64,000 nucleotides of DNA, taken from contig OZ024762.1 of NCBI GenBank assembly GCA_964016885.1, positions 7,688,001 to 7,752,000 on the forward strand. Direction: 5' to 3'. The notes under the pieces are model-generated. The model was not told the origin of the DNA. It saw nothing but the letters and a program-made list of their open reading frames with translations, and searched no databases. How positions within the stretch are numbered: position 1 is the stretch's first letter; each line of letters begins with the position of its first letter. Both the position numbers and the translations under genes were made by a program. Positions 12,687 to 27,844 of the stretch are shown in pieces. Source of the stretch: Eledone cirrhosa (Eukaryota).

Positions 12687-13274
12687 AACTTGTAATAGAA
12701 TATAATTAGGATTTCTACTTTAGGGGGCCACAAGGTCAGCGAATTTTGGGAAGGATGGAGAGAGGGCAAAGTTGTTTATATCAAGCACCAGTAATTAGCG
12801 GGGGGAAGTGCATTCTCCATTCTGTCGGACGGGTCCCAGAGGAGGAGGAGGGCAAGTTAGTTGGTGGTGGAAGATACATATTCACATACACACACATACG
12901 CATATACATGCATACACAATTAAACAGACGAACAGACAGGCACACACAGACACAGACGCACACACACACACAGACGCACACACACACACACACGCGCGCA
13001 CACACGCGCGCACACACACACACACACATACGCACACACACACAGACGCACACACACACACGCGCGCACACACGCGCGCACACACACACACACATACGCA
13101 CACACACACACACACAGACGCGCACACACACACACACGCGCACACACGCGCGCACACACACACATACGCACACACACACACACACAGACGCACACACACA
13201 CACACGCACACACACGCGCACACACACACACACATACGCACACACACACACACACACATAGAATTGGTAATTAC

Positions 13275-13412
13275 CTTTATCACATTTCGGCCCAAAACTG
13301 CCGGATGCACAGCCGCCGCTGCACTCTCCTGTGTGCACGTGACAGGGCTGGTCATTGTAACATCGCCCACACTTGAACTTGCAGTTGGGACCGTAGGTGT
13401 AGCTTTCGCAAC
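13275..13412 (-). CDS. RTK EGF-like exon 3 ([45 protein letters not shown])
   Basis: 138 bp, phase 1-1, gcag acceptor, gtaatt donor, 8 Cys. Confidence 0.93.
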
Positions 13413-13581
13413 CTGCCACATAAATAAATATAACAATAACCATAACAATATCAACAACAACAACAATATATATGAAGGACTAGCGTCCGAAACGTTAAGA
13501 CCCTCTTCCTGCTATTTCAAGCGTTAAGCTAATATATTCCTTCTATATACTGTACCGTTTGTGTTGTTATTTCTGTTTACC

Positions 13582-13716
<135 letters not shown>

Positions 13717-13939
13717 TAAATTAAATGAATACACCAAATCCCACAATTGAAGGATCAATATTTATTATGGAAATTACACGTGTTTCGTTAATATGCAAAT
13801 GATTACACCTAAAATCGCTAATCCGACATAGATTTCAGGATAATTTTGACTTCAAACATGCTGGATCTCGTCTCGAGTATCTCTCTCCCCCCCCTCTCTC
13901 TCTCTCTATATATATATATAAATAAATATGTATATATAC

Positions 13940-14081
<142 letters not shown>

Positions 14082-14363
14082 TCACACTTGAATTAAATAC
14101 AAGACACAGGTTATTTATTTCCAGTAAGCTGAATCCAATGGAGTAACATGAATTATAATGTCTGGCACAAGGATACAAACACGATGCCGGAAATCGAACA
14201 CACGCTCTTACAGTCATGAGCCGAACACTTTAACCACAAATCCAGCTGTTTCACTATGACTGTACATCTTCTGGCAGACGATTCATTATAACTACTTATT
14301 CTTTTCCAAGTGTTTCCTTATAACTGTTTACATACTAACATGTGTTTCATTATGATGTCTTAC

Positions 14364-14501
14364 CTTCTGTACAATATTCTCCTGTCCAACCATCTACACA
14401 ACCATTGGGACATTTTCCTGTTAATTTGTCACACTCTGTATCATTTAGACAATGACCGCAAACGGAATTACAGTTGATGCCGTATTCAAACTTTTTACAC
14501 G
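14364..14501 (-). CDS. RTK EGF-like exon 2 (CKKFEYGINCNSVCGHCLNDTECDKLTGKCPNGCVDGWTGEYCTE)
   Basis: 138 bp, phase 1-1, ccag acceptor, gtaaga donor, 8 Cys. Confidence 0.93.
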
Positions 14502-14737
14502 CTGGAGGGGAAAAAAACAAAAACAATATGTATATGTATGTACACACATATATGTATATATATATGGGCATGTAAGTATGCATATATATGTATGTACACA
14601 TGTATATATATATGGGCATGTAAGTATGCATGTATGTATATGTGCATGCATGTATGTATGTATGCATCCATGTATGTATGTATGTATGTATATTTGTTTG
14701 TTTGTATATATGGGTATGTATGTGTGTGTGTGTATAT

Positions 14738-14780
14738 TCTTTTATTCTTTTACATGTTTCAACCATCCGGTTGAGGCCAT
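14738..14780 (-). mobile_element. Tiny 3'-tail remnant of the CR1-type LINE
   Basis: ttcttttacatgtttcaaccatccggttgaggccat matches 6683-6719. Confidence 0.6.
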
Positions 14781-14822
14781 ATGTATGTATATCTACACGT
14801 ATATATGTATGTATGTGTGCGA

Positions 14823-14933
<111 letters not shown>

Positions 14934-14953
14934 TAAGTATATGAAATGATTAC

Positions 14954-15091
14954 CTTGATCACATTTCGTCCCAGACCAACCAATTTTACATCCGCCATTA
15001 CAGACGCCTGTTTCTTCATGACAAGGGAATTTATTTAAGCAATATCCACATTTAAACTGACAGTTGGGTCCATATGTGCGGTTTTTACAAC
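14954..15091 (-). CDS. RTK EGF-like exon 1 (CKNRTYGPNCQFKCGYCLNKFPCHEETGVCNGGCKIGWSGTKCDQ)
   Basis: 138 bp, phase 1-1, ttcag acceptor, gtaatc donor, 8-Cys MEGF/Tie-type pattern. Confidence 0.92.
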
Positions 15092-15142
15092 CTGAAAGGA
15101 AAACAGGAATATGGCTATAATAATAATAATAATAATAATAAT

Positions 15143-15362
15143 AATTGTTCCTACTTTTGGCACAAGGCCAGCAAAGACCCAGTAGATTACTGGTACTTTA
15201 TTTTATTGACCCCGTAAGGATGAAAGGCAAAGTTAACCTCGACGGGATTTGAACTTAGACCGTAAAGGGACGTAACTATGATAGAAAGCATGGCGTCCAA
15301 CCCTCTACTATTTTTGGCACAAGGCTAGCAATTATCCCAGTGTATTACTGGTACTTTATTCT
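15143..15362 (-). mobile_element. SINE family A copy plus a second 3' fragment
   Basis: Same body with a (TAA)n tail at 15117-15143. Confidence 0.75.
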
Positions 15363-15676
15363 ATGTTCCTCTGATGACGTAAAACTCTTCTTTTATCTTT
15401 CAGTGATTGTGTCAAGCCTGTATTTCATTCAGTCACAATATATCTAGGGCTACATCATGTAATGTGTCCACCCTTTCTTAAAGACGTTAGGGCATAATTT
15501 GAGGTAGATTTTTGGCTACTATTTCTAGCAGGTCGAAAGAGAATGCAGAAAGGGTCCGCCACTGGAGCTCCCAGTTCAGTCTTCCATTCTCTCCACCTTA
15601 TATGACTTTTGACGTAAGAACGAAGCGACGTCACCATATTACCTTTGTGTCTATATGAGTGTGTATGAATGTGTGT

Positions 15677-15727
<51 letters not shown>

Positions 15728-15875
15728 CGTATGGAGGAAGTAAGGAAGAAGAAAAAGAAGAGGGAGGAAGGAGATAAGAAGGTGTGAGGTCGTGTACGTC
15801 AGACACGTCTGACAGAAAAACCGAGATTACAATCATAGGTGGAGACACTTGTTCAACATTGTGTATGTAAGGAAG

Positions 15876-15940
<65 letters not shown>

Positions 15941-16082
15941 TATATACGTATATATACTATTTATAAAAAACACCAAAGAATCAATGCGTTTTCAATATCC
16001 CCCCCCCCCTACACACTCTCAAACGTGAACCTAATACTAACACTTTGTACTGCACCCTTCGTTATTGTTTTTGTTGACTGTT

Positions 16083-16120
<38 letters not shown>

Positions 16121-16236
16121 TGTGTATACACAAACACACGCACACACATATATATATATATATTGAATACACACATATATATATATATGTATTGAATACA
16201 TATATATATATATATATGTGTGTTTTTATATATATA

Positions 16237-16291
<55 letters not shown>

Positions 16292-16363
16292 TGCCCCCTC
16301 GTTATCGAGAATATATATACTGTAACTGTATATGTAATTATACATACATACATACACACACAC

Positions 16364-16397
<34 letters not shown>

Positions 16398-16411
16398 ACA
16401 TATACATACAT

Positions 16412-16500
<89 letters not shown>

Positions 16501-16664
16501 TACATGCATACAAAGGGAACATCCTTTTATCCCCTTTTATATCATCTCATGCCGCTGCTCCCTCACCTCAATTCCACCCCTCCACTCCTACACACCACCC
16601 AGCAACTGTTTCTTTTCTAAACAACATCGCAGGAAGACGTGAAGTCATGTCTGCTATTCTGACT

Positions 16665-17080
16665 GGAAGAAGCAGACGACATTATCAATAGAGTGAAGCA
16701 ATATGGCGGAGAATGGCGGAGGATGGCGGAGGAATGCGGAGAAAAGCGGAGGAAGGCGAGGAGAGGAGAAGAAGGATGAGGAAGCAGACGATAGTATCAT
16801 TGAATGAAGGAATATAGCGGAGGATGGCGGAGGATGGCGGAGGAAGGTGGAGGAAGGTGGAGAGAGGCGGAGGAGAGGAGAAGAAGGAGGAGGAAAAGGA
16901 AGATGGCGGAGAAGAAGGATGAGGAAGCAGACGATATTATCATTGAATAAAGGGGGAGGAGGAAGGTGGAGGAAGACAGATGAAGAAGAAGACGAGATTA
17001 TCATTGAATGAGGGAGGAATATGGCGGAGAAAGGCCGAGGAGAGGAGAATAAGGAAGAAAAAGACGAAGCAGACGACAAA
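16665..17080. repeat. Degenerate purine-rich tandem repeat (about 120-130 bp)
   Basis: gaagcagacga…tatcattgaat recurs about four times. Confidence 0.6.
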
Positions 17081-17164
17081 CAAAGACGGAGTGGTGGAAG
17101 AGTAGTAGCAGCAGTTGCAGCAGTAGTAGTAGTAGTGGTAATAGTAGTAGTAGCAGCAGTAGTA

Positions 17165-17195
<31 letters not shown>

Positions 17196-17259
17196 CAGTA
17201 GCAGCAGTAGTAGTAGTAGTAGCAGTAGTAGTAGTAGTAGCAGGAGTAGTAGTAGTAGT

Positions 17260-17291
<32 letters not shown>

Positions 17292-17504
17292 TAGTAATAA
17301 TAGTAGTAGCAGTAGCAGCAGTAGCAGCAGCAGTAGTAGTAGTAGTAGTAGTAACAGTGTGGTAACAATTGAGCCTTAGAGTTTTGTTGATAAGAAATAT
17401 AAGCCGTAACCCTTTACTACGTCACAATGTTGTGAGGGTTTGCGAGGTCATTGTAGGGGCCTGTCCCTCCTCCCTTGAAGCGGATATGTGTGTATGTATG
17501 TATG

Positions 17505-17538
<34 letters not shown>

Positions 17539-17696
17539 TGTATGTATGTATGTATGTGTGTATGTGTGTATATATGTATGTAAGTATATATATCTATCTG
17601 TTTGTGTGTGTGTGGGTGTATGTATGTGTCTGTATGTATTTATGCATGTGTGAGTGTTAGTGTGGGCATGTGTCTATGTATTTGTGTATATATGTA

Positions 17697-17800
<104 letters not shown>

Positions 17801-18799
17801 TACACATACATACACACCTATACATACATATACATACACACAAAACACGCACATACATACATACATACACACATACATACATACACACAAACACTCACCC
17901 ATACATACACACATACGCACATACATACATACATATATACATACATACACATACATACACACATACACATATACACACATACATACATACCTACACACAC
18001 ACACACATACATACATACCTACACACACACACACATACATACATACCTACACACATACACACACGTCTCTAATTGTCATTTGACCTTTCTAGTCTGGACC
18101 ACACCACTTGACCAGTTGTTGTTGGTCATTAATTTATATCATGATTCTCACCACCACCACCACCAGCACCTACACCACCACCACCACCACCTCCAACCCC
18201 ACCACCATCACCATAGCCAGCATCAATACCACCACCACCACCACCAACACCACCACCACCACCACCTACACCATAACCAACACCGCCACCAACTCCACCA
18301 CCACCGCCATAACCAACCCCACCACCATCACTATAGCCAGCATCAATACCACCAACACCACCACCACCACCACCACCACCACCACCACCACCACCACCAC
18401 CACCACCACCACCACCACCACCACCTACACCATAACCAACACCGCCACCAACTCCACCACCACCACCATAACCAACCCCACCACCATCACTATAGCCAGC
18501 ATCAATACCACCAACACCACTACCACCACCACTACCATAGCCACCATCAATACCATCACCATCACCAGCACCAGCACCAACATGAGCAGCAGTACCTCTA
18601 CCACAACCACCAGCACCAGCACCACCAATACCCCCCCCCCCCCCACCAACACCACCATCTGGTGGCGGGGTGTATCTCACCAGACTCTAGATAACAATAT
18701 CTATCACAAAACAACTCAGCCCCAAACATAAAAACTATTTCCTACAATTTCTTTATAATTTTCTTAACCATTTAGTTCCCACGAGATTTGATAGACCAA

Positions 18800-19252
18800 C
18801 CATTACTGACCACCCCATTACTGACCACCACGCCCCACTACTGATCATCCCACCCCACTACTGACACCCACACCATTACTGACCACTCTCACCCCACAAT
18901 TGACCACTCCACCCACAATTGGCCACTCCACCCCATTGCTGTCCACCACACCCCATTACCGACCACCACACCCCCCACTACTGACCACTACACCCCATTA
19001 CTGACCTCACAATTGACCACTCCGCCTCACAATTGGCCACCAAACTGACCACTACCCCCCACTGACACCCACACCATTACTGACCATTCCGCCTCACAAT
19101 TGACCACTCCGCCTCACAATTGGCCACCAAACTGACCACTACACCCACCACTGACACCCATACCACTACTGACCACTCGCACCCTACAATTGGCCACCCA
19201 CACCCCAGTACTGACCACCTCAACACATTACTAACCACCAAACTGACCACTC
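18800..19252. repeat. Degenerate ~20-bp C-rich repeat (actgaccac core)
   Basis: Direct inspection. Confidence 0.7.
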
Positions 19253-19393
19253 ACGTTCGACACGGACATTCAGGTTTTCTGGTTTCTTTTTCTATAAATG
19301 TGTTTTACTGGCAGAAGCTAAACATTTCCATTAATGACAGATTGTAATGATGATGATGATGATGATGATGATGTCCAGCCATGGCGACTCATT

Positions 19394-19404
19394 GCCGCCA
19401 TTTT
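19394..19404. promoter_or_regulatory. YY1-like motif GCCGCCATTTT near a strong minus-strand donor at 19254
   Basis: Consensus match only; lies in a unique-sequence island. Confidence 0.3.
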
Positions 19405-19544
19405 ATAAGTGGTACTGCGGCCATATACTATCTCACACACCGACCCTCATACACACGGACAAGACAAGAACTTCTTGTCTGATGAGCATCTCATAAACTG
19501 GCGAACTCCAGAGTAACAAGACTCAGTGTTCAGCCTTAATAAAA

Positions 19545-19590
<46 letters not shown>

Positions 19591-19645
19591 AGAGCTTCTT
19601 ATAAATATATTTTAACAGCTTGCTTCTCTTTCATCAATTTCTTCG

Positions 19646-19763
<118 letters not shown>

Positions 19764-19829
19764 GAAGAGAGAAGAAACATTTAGATATAATTAGTAATAA
19801 AATGTATCATACCCAAACTGCTCCTAGAT

Positions 19830-19919
19830 TCCTCGACTACGTAGTTTCGTGGCATAAACAAAAACAATACATCATAAAGATATAGAGTCCTTGCGAGGTC
19901 TGCCGACTTATCAAGAGGA
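19830..19919 (-). ncRNA. Degenerate hammerhead motif
   Basis: Minus strand tcctc-TTGATAA-gtcggca…tgccac-GAAA-ctacgtag-TC-gagga; two core substitutions, stems I and III intact. Confidence 0.5.
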
Positions 19920-20008
19920 TACCTCATTTTACTAGTCTCAAGAACGCGTCTACACGACGTGAGAAAGAATCCCAAAAGGCGGAGGGGGAGATAGTCACGC
20001 GATATAAC

Positions 20009-20042
<34 letters not shown>

Positions 20043-20061
20043 TGTGTATCTGTATTTATTT

Positions 20062-20105
<44 letters not shown>

Positions 20106-20482
20106 CATACACTGTAAGTATTTGGCAAAGTGACTTGATCAAACCCACTAACTCCTGCACTTCAGCTCAATCGTAACTTCCCATGCTGACATCAAATAAT
20201 TTATCTCTTATTATTTATTTATTTTTTCAACCAAAAATAATCGTCCAAGTATAGAATCGACTTCCTAACATATATTACAATACAGCATTAACATCAACAT
20301 CACTAAGGGTAGGGGTATTTGGTGGGGCTGTTAAACGTTTATCGGGCAACGTTTTATTGGCGACAAAGAATATTCGGCCATATCAAACTGGATGAATATC
20401 CAATGTCTCTACTTCCTGTATTACACACGTCTTTGATAACTCTCTGTTGTTCCATTGTATTCTATAGAGAAAGCTTTGAGGT

Positions 20483-21366
20483 TTCTTCTTCTTCTTCTTC
20501 TTCTTCTTCTTCTTCTTCTTCTTCTTCTTCTTCTTCTTCTTCTTCTTCTTCTTCTTCTTCTTCTTCTTCTTCTTCTTCTTCTTCTTCTTCGCCCACTTAT
20601 TCCTGAGAGGGTTGTGGGGATAGTGTCCTCAAACACGCCTTCCAGTGGGTCCGGTCAGAAGCAACCATCTCTAATTGATCCGGCTGGTTTTGCCCATAAA
20701 ATCTGTCCAGCGATTCTTTCCACATTCTAACATTCTAGGCACAAGCCCATAGTATCAGAGCTGTGATCTCTCAATTTGGAGAAGTAGTGGCTCTACCTGG
20801 AGTGACTCTCTGATCTTCGAGCTTCAAATCTATCTAGCAATTCTTGCCTGAGACATCCCAATCACAAGCCCATAGTATCAGAGCTGTGATCTCTCAATTC
20901 GGAGAAGTAGCGGCTCTACCTGGAGTGACTCTCTGATCTTCGAGCTACAAATCTGTCCAGTGATTCTTTCCTGAGACATTCTAACCACATGTCCATAGTA
21001 TCAGAGCTGTGATATCTCAATTCGGAGAAGTAGCAGCTCTACCTAGAGTGACTCTCTGATCTCCGAGCTACAAATCTATCCAGCGATTTTTTTCCCGAAA
21101 CATTCTAACCACATGTCCATAGTCAGAGCTGTAATCTCTCAATTCAGAGAAATAACAGCTCTACCTGGAGTGACTCTCTGATCTTCGAGCTACAAATCTG
21201 TCCAGTGATTCTTTCCTGAGACATTCTAACCACATGCCCATAGTATCAGAGCTGTAATCTCTCAATTCAGAGAAGTAGCAGCTCTACCTAGAGTGACTCT
21301 CTGATCTCAGAGCTACAAATCTGTCCAGTGATTCTTTCCCGAGACATTCTAACCACATGTCCATAG
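20483..21366 (-). mobile_element. RTE-type LINE 3' end with (GAA)n tail and about 5.4 units of the same 123-bp repeat
   Basis: Shares cttattcctgagagggttgtgggg 3' end and repeat unit with 30961-31731; unit starts at 20699, 20826, 20949, 21072, 21194, 21317. Confidence 0.78.
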
Positions 21367-21976
21367 TGGTTTGTTTCGGTTTTAAATTAATAGTGTTCGA
21401 CTGTAGACAACAATACGGAGAACTATTAATCTATGTTTAGAGAGGGGTTTATTAAGAGATTGACAGCAGCAGACAGCAGACACAAATGACGACAAGACAG
21501 ACGACAGAAGAATGATTCTAAAAGATGGTAGAAGCGACAAGAGAAGCCAGTGATGAAGGGTATAGAATCGTATTTCAAGAAGGCAGTGACTTGCATGATT
21601 TATCCTGTGACCCCTGCTATTTAAGCTCAATATAACAGCAACCCCGTTTCTTTCTAAAACAGACCCCTACGCAAAAGACTTACAGAACTCCCTTTGTTGT
21701 CACTTCGTTTAATATAAATGTTGTGTTGTATTGTTTTTAATTTTGTTTTTCCGTTGAAAGGTTTTTTATGGAGTTTATAGACAGATTATAGACAGTTTGT
21801 ATATAGTTTATTTTATGTCTCTGTTGTATACACATGTATGTATAATTGTGTGTGTATGTAGGTTTGTATGTAAGCATGTGTATAAGTATGTGCATGTGTA
21901 TAAGTATGTATATATCTATGTATTCATATATATATATATAAATATATGCGTCTGTGTGTTTATGTATGTATGTATG

Positions 21977-22059
<83 letters not shown>

Positions 22060-22466
22060 ATATAGTATGTGTGTATGTGTGGTTGTGAATAGGTATGTAT
22101 ACGTATTTAGTTCAACCAGTGCGTGTTAATAGATGTGCAAATCTGTCTATTATATATATATATATATATATACAGGGTCCCCCCCCCCGAAAAAAAAATT
22201 TATATACACTTATCAGAATGCTGTTAAAGTATGTATACATTTTTAGAGAACACCCCCGTATATATGTATATATGTGCGTGTTGTGTGTGTGCACGCGCGT
22301 ACGTATGTATGTGTTAGTGGGATATATAGGTAGATAGATGAATGTGTATATATGGGTGCATATGTATATATAGGTGTGTATATTCATGTGTGTGTAATCT
22401 CTCCGAGATAAAAATCTCCACGTAGTATGTTTTAAAATATAACAGAGAGAGCCTAACTGTCTGTCT

Positions 22467-22575
<109 letters not shown>

Positions 22576-22577
22576 CA

Positions 22578-23166
<589 letters not shown>

Positions 23167-23223
23167 TATAAACAATTAAGTTAATTTTGTTTCGTTATTT
23201 GTTGAAATATATATATATATACG

Positions 23224-23262
<39 letters not shown>

Positions 23263-23263
23263 G

Positions 23264-23312
<49 letters not shown>

Positions 23313-23470
23313 GCTTATATATATATATATATATATATATACGCTTTCACCGTATTTTTTACTAAAGAAATTTTAGCCTGATCAATAAAACATGGATTAC
23401 AGGTTAAAATAGAGTCTAGATAGATGTGAAACAAAACGAGGATCTAGTTTATGGAACACCCACATGGTTT

Positions 23471-23913
23471 AGAAGTCGACCTTAAGTAGCAGCAATAACA
23501 TTAAGAAAGACATGAACAACACCACAGCACTTTGTTTTGAAAATTTTGAAAGTAGGTTTATATGTATGAATTTTCCTAAGATTTTCGTAGTTGTCTCTGT
23601 GGCCTAGCGGTAGGTACTAGAAACGGTGGAGATCCTGGTCTTGGTTTCAATCCTGGTCAAGAGGTACAAGTAAGCTTTTTCAGTTTTTATTTTACAACTA
23701 CTAGAAAAAAACTGAAAAAGGTTTAACGTCCAGGATCGAACTTCAGACCAGTATCACCACCGTCAATGATTCCCCCAGCTAGGCCACCGAGACAGCTACA
23801 AAAATATAATGAAAATTGATATTTATAAACCTACTTTCAAAATCAAAGTTAAAAAGATGTTGTGTCGTTCATAGCTTTCCTAGAGTTATTAGTAATATTT
23901 AGGGTCGACTTCT
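23471..23913. mobile_element. ~440-bp imperfect palindromic element with a tRNA-like module in each arm
   Basis: Ends agaagtcgacc…ggtcgacttct; arms align throughout; A and B boxes plus T runs in both arms. Confidence 0.7.
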
Positions 23914-23963
23914 GGTCATTATTGAAAGTCTCTGGATATTGCTAACTACATATTTTTTATTGG

Positions 23964-24110
23964 AGATTAAATCGACCCCTTTATTTTATCGACCCCGTAA
24001 GGATGAAAGGCAAAGTTAACCTCGGCGGGATTTGAACTAAGACCATAAAGGGCCGTAACTCTTTGCTGCAAAGCATGACGTCCGACTCTCCACCGACACT
24101 GCCAATCCCG
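23964..24110 (-). mobile_element. SINE family A copy
   Basis: atcgaccccgtaaggatgaaaggcaaagttaacctcggcgggatttgaac. Confidence 0.75.
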
Positions 24111-24225
24111 GATACCAATACAACACCCGGATATCCCAGAATAAGCAACAGGGTAGAATACTTGGGAAATTCAACTGATAAGGTATGTTTCCTTGGCTAT
24201 GTCAAAATTTATAAAACACACTTTG

Positions 24226-24287
24226 TATTTTATCTGATGAAAGCGTACCAAAGTGTTTGGTAAACTTGAAATATATATAATAGAATA
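24226..24287 (+). ncRNA. Minimal hammerhead ribozyme (HH-B)
   Basis: tattttat-CTGATGA-aag..taccaaa/tttggta..ctt-GAAA-tatata-TA-atagaata. Confidence 0.75.
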
Positions 24288-24576
24288 AATATGGTTTTAT
24301 AAATAGTCTCCATTTATTTAATATCATTGTATATTTACTCCAGAAATTTGTCGAGTGCTCTGAATCAGTTATAAACATTTATATTTGTTGAATTTCCAAC
24401 AAATTAAATATCCCTTCTACTTATATATATATATATATATATATGGAAAGTTATATTTATCAACCTTCAACCAAATCAACCTTCTCAAATGCATGTAGAT
24501 GTTGTTACGGTATTTATCTATAATATATATAATGAAATAAATATGGTTTTATAAATATAGTTTCCATTTATTTAAT

Positions 24577-24646
<70 letters not shown>

Positions 24647-24688
24647 TTTAAAATATTAACAAATATAGACATTCGTGTGCTCAAGTAT

Positions 24689-24754
24689 ATTTTATTATAC
24701 ATATTTCAGAGGTACTGAGCTATCTTCAACAATACGTCCTCATCAGATAAAATA
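24689..24754 (-). ncRNA. Hammerhead-like motif (HH-B related)
   Basis: Minus strand tttttat-CTGATGA-ggacgtattg…cagtacctct-GAAA-tatgta-TA-ataaaa; stem II imperfect. Confidence 0.6.
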
Positions 24755-25275
24755 AGATGATGCATGACATACCCTGACTAAGTAGATGGTTAAAATTCAG
24801 TCATGGCAGTGAATAAGATAGGACAAAACTCAATATTTATATACCTTAAGATTGAGACATGAACAAATTACATATAATACAGAGGGTGCGTGTGAGAAAG
24901 CTTATAAAGATACATAATAATAAACAACTACTAATATAATACAAACTTACATAACTGTTAGAAATTTAAATAATTTAAATTATTGAAGAAAGAAGAAGTG
25001 AAAGACAGAGAGAGAAACAGATGAGGAAAAAGAGAATGACTAGAAGTATAGAAATATCTTATGCACGAAAGCAAAAGAAAATTGATTAAGGATAGAGACG
25101 AGGAGAAAATAAGTTTAATAGTATAAAACATAGGGAGGGAGATTTGTATTGTCGTGGATAAACCATTACCGTGGAGTGCTTCTAATCTATTGTAAAACTT
25201 TATTCATTGATTTACTCATTGAACCTTGTTTAACCTTTAAATATATATATATATATATATACATATATATGTGTA

Positions 25276-25307
<32 letters not shown>

Positions 25308-25991
25308 CTCTTTTACTCTTTTACCTGTTTCAGCCATCCGGCTGAGGCCATGCTGGGGCACCGCCCTTGTTGCTACACATTTTATCTCCAGCCTGTATAG
25401 GTTGGCCACTGGTGTAAGAGGGAGTTTGTTGCTGCTGCCCTTAGGTTTCCCTCGTGCCTTGCTGTGGGCTCATCCGGGATCCTGGATAACAAGGTGTCGA
25501 GATGTTTCTTGAAGACATCCACCTCCACGTCATGCAAATCTCTCAGATCCCTCGGCAGCTTGTTGAAGAGTTGAGGGCTCTTGAATCCCAGGCTATTGCA
25601 ATACCTGCTCCTTATTCTAGATGTGGAAGACGGGACCTTTGGCACCACACAGTGACGTCCTGTTCGACAGTTGGTCCAGCTCCCAATGCCAAAGTTTGGT
25701 GCTAGTCCCTCCAGGATTTTCCACATGTAGATCACTGCGTATCTCTCCCGTCTTCGCTCCAAGGAGTAGAGGTTCAGTTCCTTTAGCCTCTCCCAGTAGC
25801 TTGTCTCCTTCATCATGGTAATCCTCTTGGTGTAGCTTCGCTGGATTGCCTCAAGTTCCGTGGTTAGTTTGACACTATGGGGTGACCACAACTGGGAGCA
25901 GTAGTCCAGTCGGCTTAGGACAAGTGTCCTCCATAGTGTCAACATGGTGTCTAGGTCTCTTGTCCGGAAAGTCCTCAAGATCCAGCCAGCG
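25308..25991 (-). mobile_element. Second 5'-truncated copy of the same CR1-type LINE
   Basis: Closely matches 6676-7360; in (TA)n. Confidence 0.92.
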
Positions 25992-26230
25992 TATATATAT
26001 ATATATATATACAGTGACACATACATACACATATGCACACACACACACACATATATATACACACACATATACATACACACACATATACATATATATACAC
26101 ATATTCACAGACATATATATATATGTACACACACACACATATATATATATACACATATATACACACACATATATACATATATATATATATACACACACAC
26201 ACATATATATATATATACATATATACACAC

Positions 26231-26307
<77 letters not shown>

Positions 26308-26513
26308 TATATATACATATACACACACACACATATATATACACATATATACACACACATATATACATATATATATATACACACACACATATATATACAC
26401 ATATATACACACACACACACATATATATATATACACACACATGATAGGTGAGAGAAACTTGTCAGTGTTGAGGTTTAAAATAGAAACAACGTTTGTCTCA
26501 AGTGTTTAAGTTG

Positions 26514-27670
26514 TGACACTTGAAGGTTGTAGCTACTGTTGTAGTTGTGGTGGTTGTTGTGGTAGTGGTGGTGGTAGTGGTGGTAGTGGTGGTGGTAGTG
26601 GTGGTAGTGGTGGTGGTGGTAGTGGTGGTGACACTTGAAGGTTGTAGTTACTGTTGTAGTTGTGGTGGTTGTTGTGGTAGTGGTGGTGGAAGTGGTGGTA
26701 GTGGTGGTGGTGGTAGTGGTGGTGACACTTGAAGGTTGTAGTTACTGTTGTAGTTGTGGTGGTTGTTGTGGTAGTGGTGGTAGTGGTGGTAGTGGTGGTG
26801 ACACTTGAAGGTTGTAGTTAATGTTGTAGTTGTGGTGGTTGTTGTGGTAGTGGTGGTAGTAGTGGTAGTGGTGGTGGTGGTGGTAGTGGTGGTAGTGGTG
26901 GTAGTGGTGGTGACACTTGAAGGTTGTAGTTACTGTTGTAGTTGTGGTGGTTGTTGTGGTAGTGGTGGTGGAAGTGGTGGTAGTGGTGGTGACACTTGAA
27001 GGTTGTAGTTAATGTTGTAGTTGTGGTGGTTGTTGTGGTAGTGGTGGTAGTAGTGGTAGTGGTGGTGGTGGTGGTAGTGGTGGTAGTGGTGGTAGTGGTG
27101 GTGACACTTGAAGGTTGTAGTTACTGTTGTAGTTGTGGTGGTTGTTGTGGTAGTGGTGGTAGTGGTGGTAGTGGTGGTGACACTTGAAGGTTGTAGTTAA
27201 TGTTGTAGTTGTGGTGGTTGTTGTGGTAGTGGTGGTAGTAGTGGTAGTGGTGGTGGTGGTGGTAGTGGTGGTAGTGGTGGTGACACTTGAAGGTTGTAGT
27301 TACTGTTGTAGTTGTGGTGGTTGTTGTGGTAGTGGTGGTAGTGGTGGTGGTAGTGGTGGTGGTGGTAGTGGTGGTAGTGGTGGTGACACTTGAAGGTTGT
27401 AGTTAATGTTCTAGTTGTGGTGGTTGTTGTGGTAGTGGTGGTGGTAGTGGTGGTAGTGGTGGTGACACTTGAAGGTTGTAGTTACTGTTGTAGTTGTGGT
27501 AGTTGTTGTGGTGGTTGTTGTGGTGGTTGTTGTGGTAGTTGTGGTGGTAGTGGTGGTGGTAGTGGTGGTGGTGCTGGTGGTATTGGTGGTAGTAGTAGTG
27601 ACACTTGAAGGTTGTAGTTACTGTGGTAGTGGTGGTAGTGGTGGTGGTTGTGGTTACTGTTGTAGTTGTA
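26514..27670. repeat. Variable-length tandem repeat: gacacttgaaggttgtagtta core plus (GGT/AGT)n
   Basis: About 12 cores separated by microsatellite of variable length. Confidence 0.88.
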
Positions 27671-27844
27671 GACTCTATGTAGGTTCTCTCTTTGCTAAAA
27701 ATAGCAGCCAAGACCCCCTCAAATGCCATTGGATCTTCCAGCGCATCTCCTTTACCATCCTCCGGGGAAACGCCTTCTCCATTCTGTCCGCCGGGGCTGT
27801 GGGGCGGCCAGCACGTAGGACCCCATTTGCTTACCACACGAAGA

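Noticed and set aside
21382-21630. Hydrophobic ORF as the RTK signal-peptide exon
   Set aside because: No in-frame ATG and no suitable phase-1 donor; the 45057-45141 exon fits better.
23590-23665. Functional tRNA gene
   Set aside because: A and B boxes are present but I could not fold a proper cloverleaf with an anticodon arm; kept only as tRNA-like.
26514-27670. Conserved core with variable spacers, superficially CRISPR-like
   Set aside because: Spacers are GGT/AGT microsatellite, not unique sequence; eukaryotic context with no cas genes.
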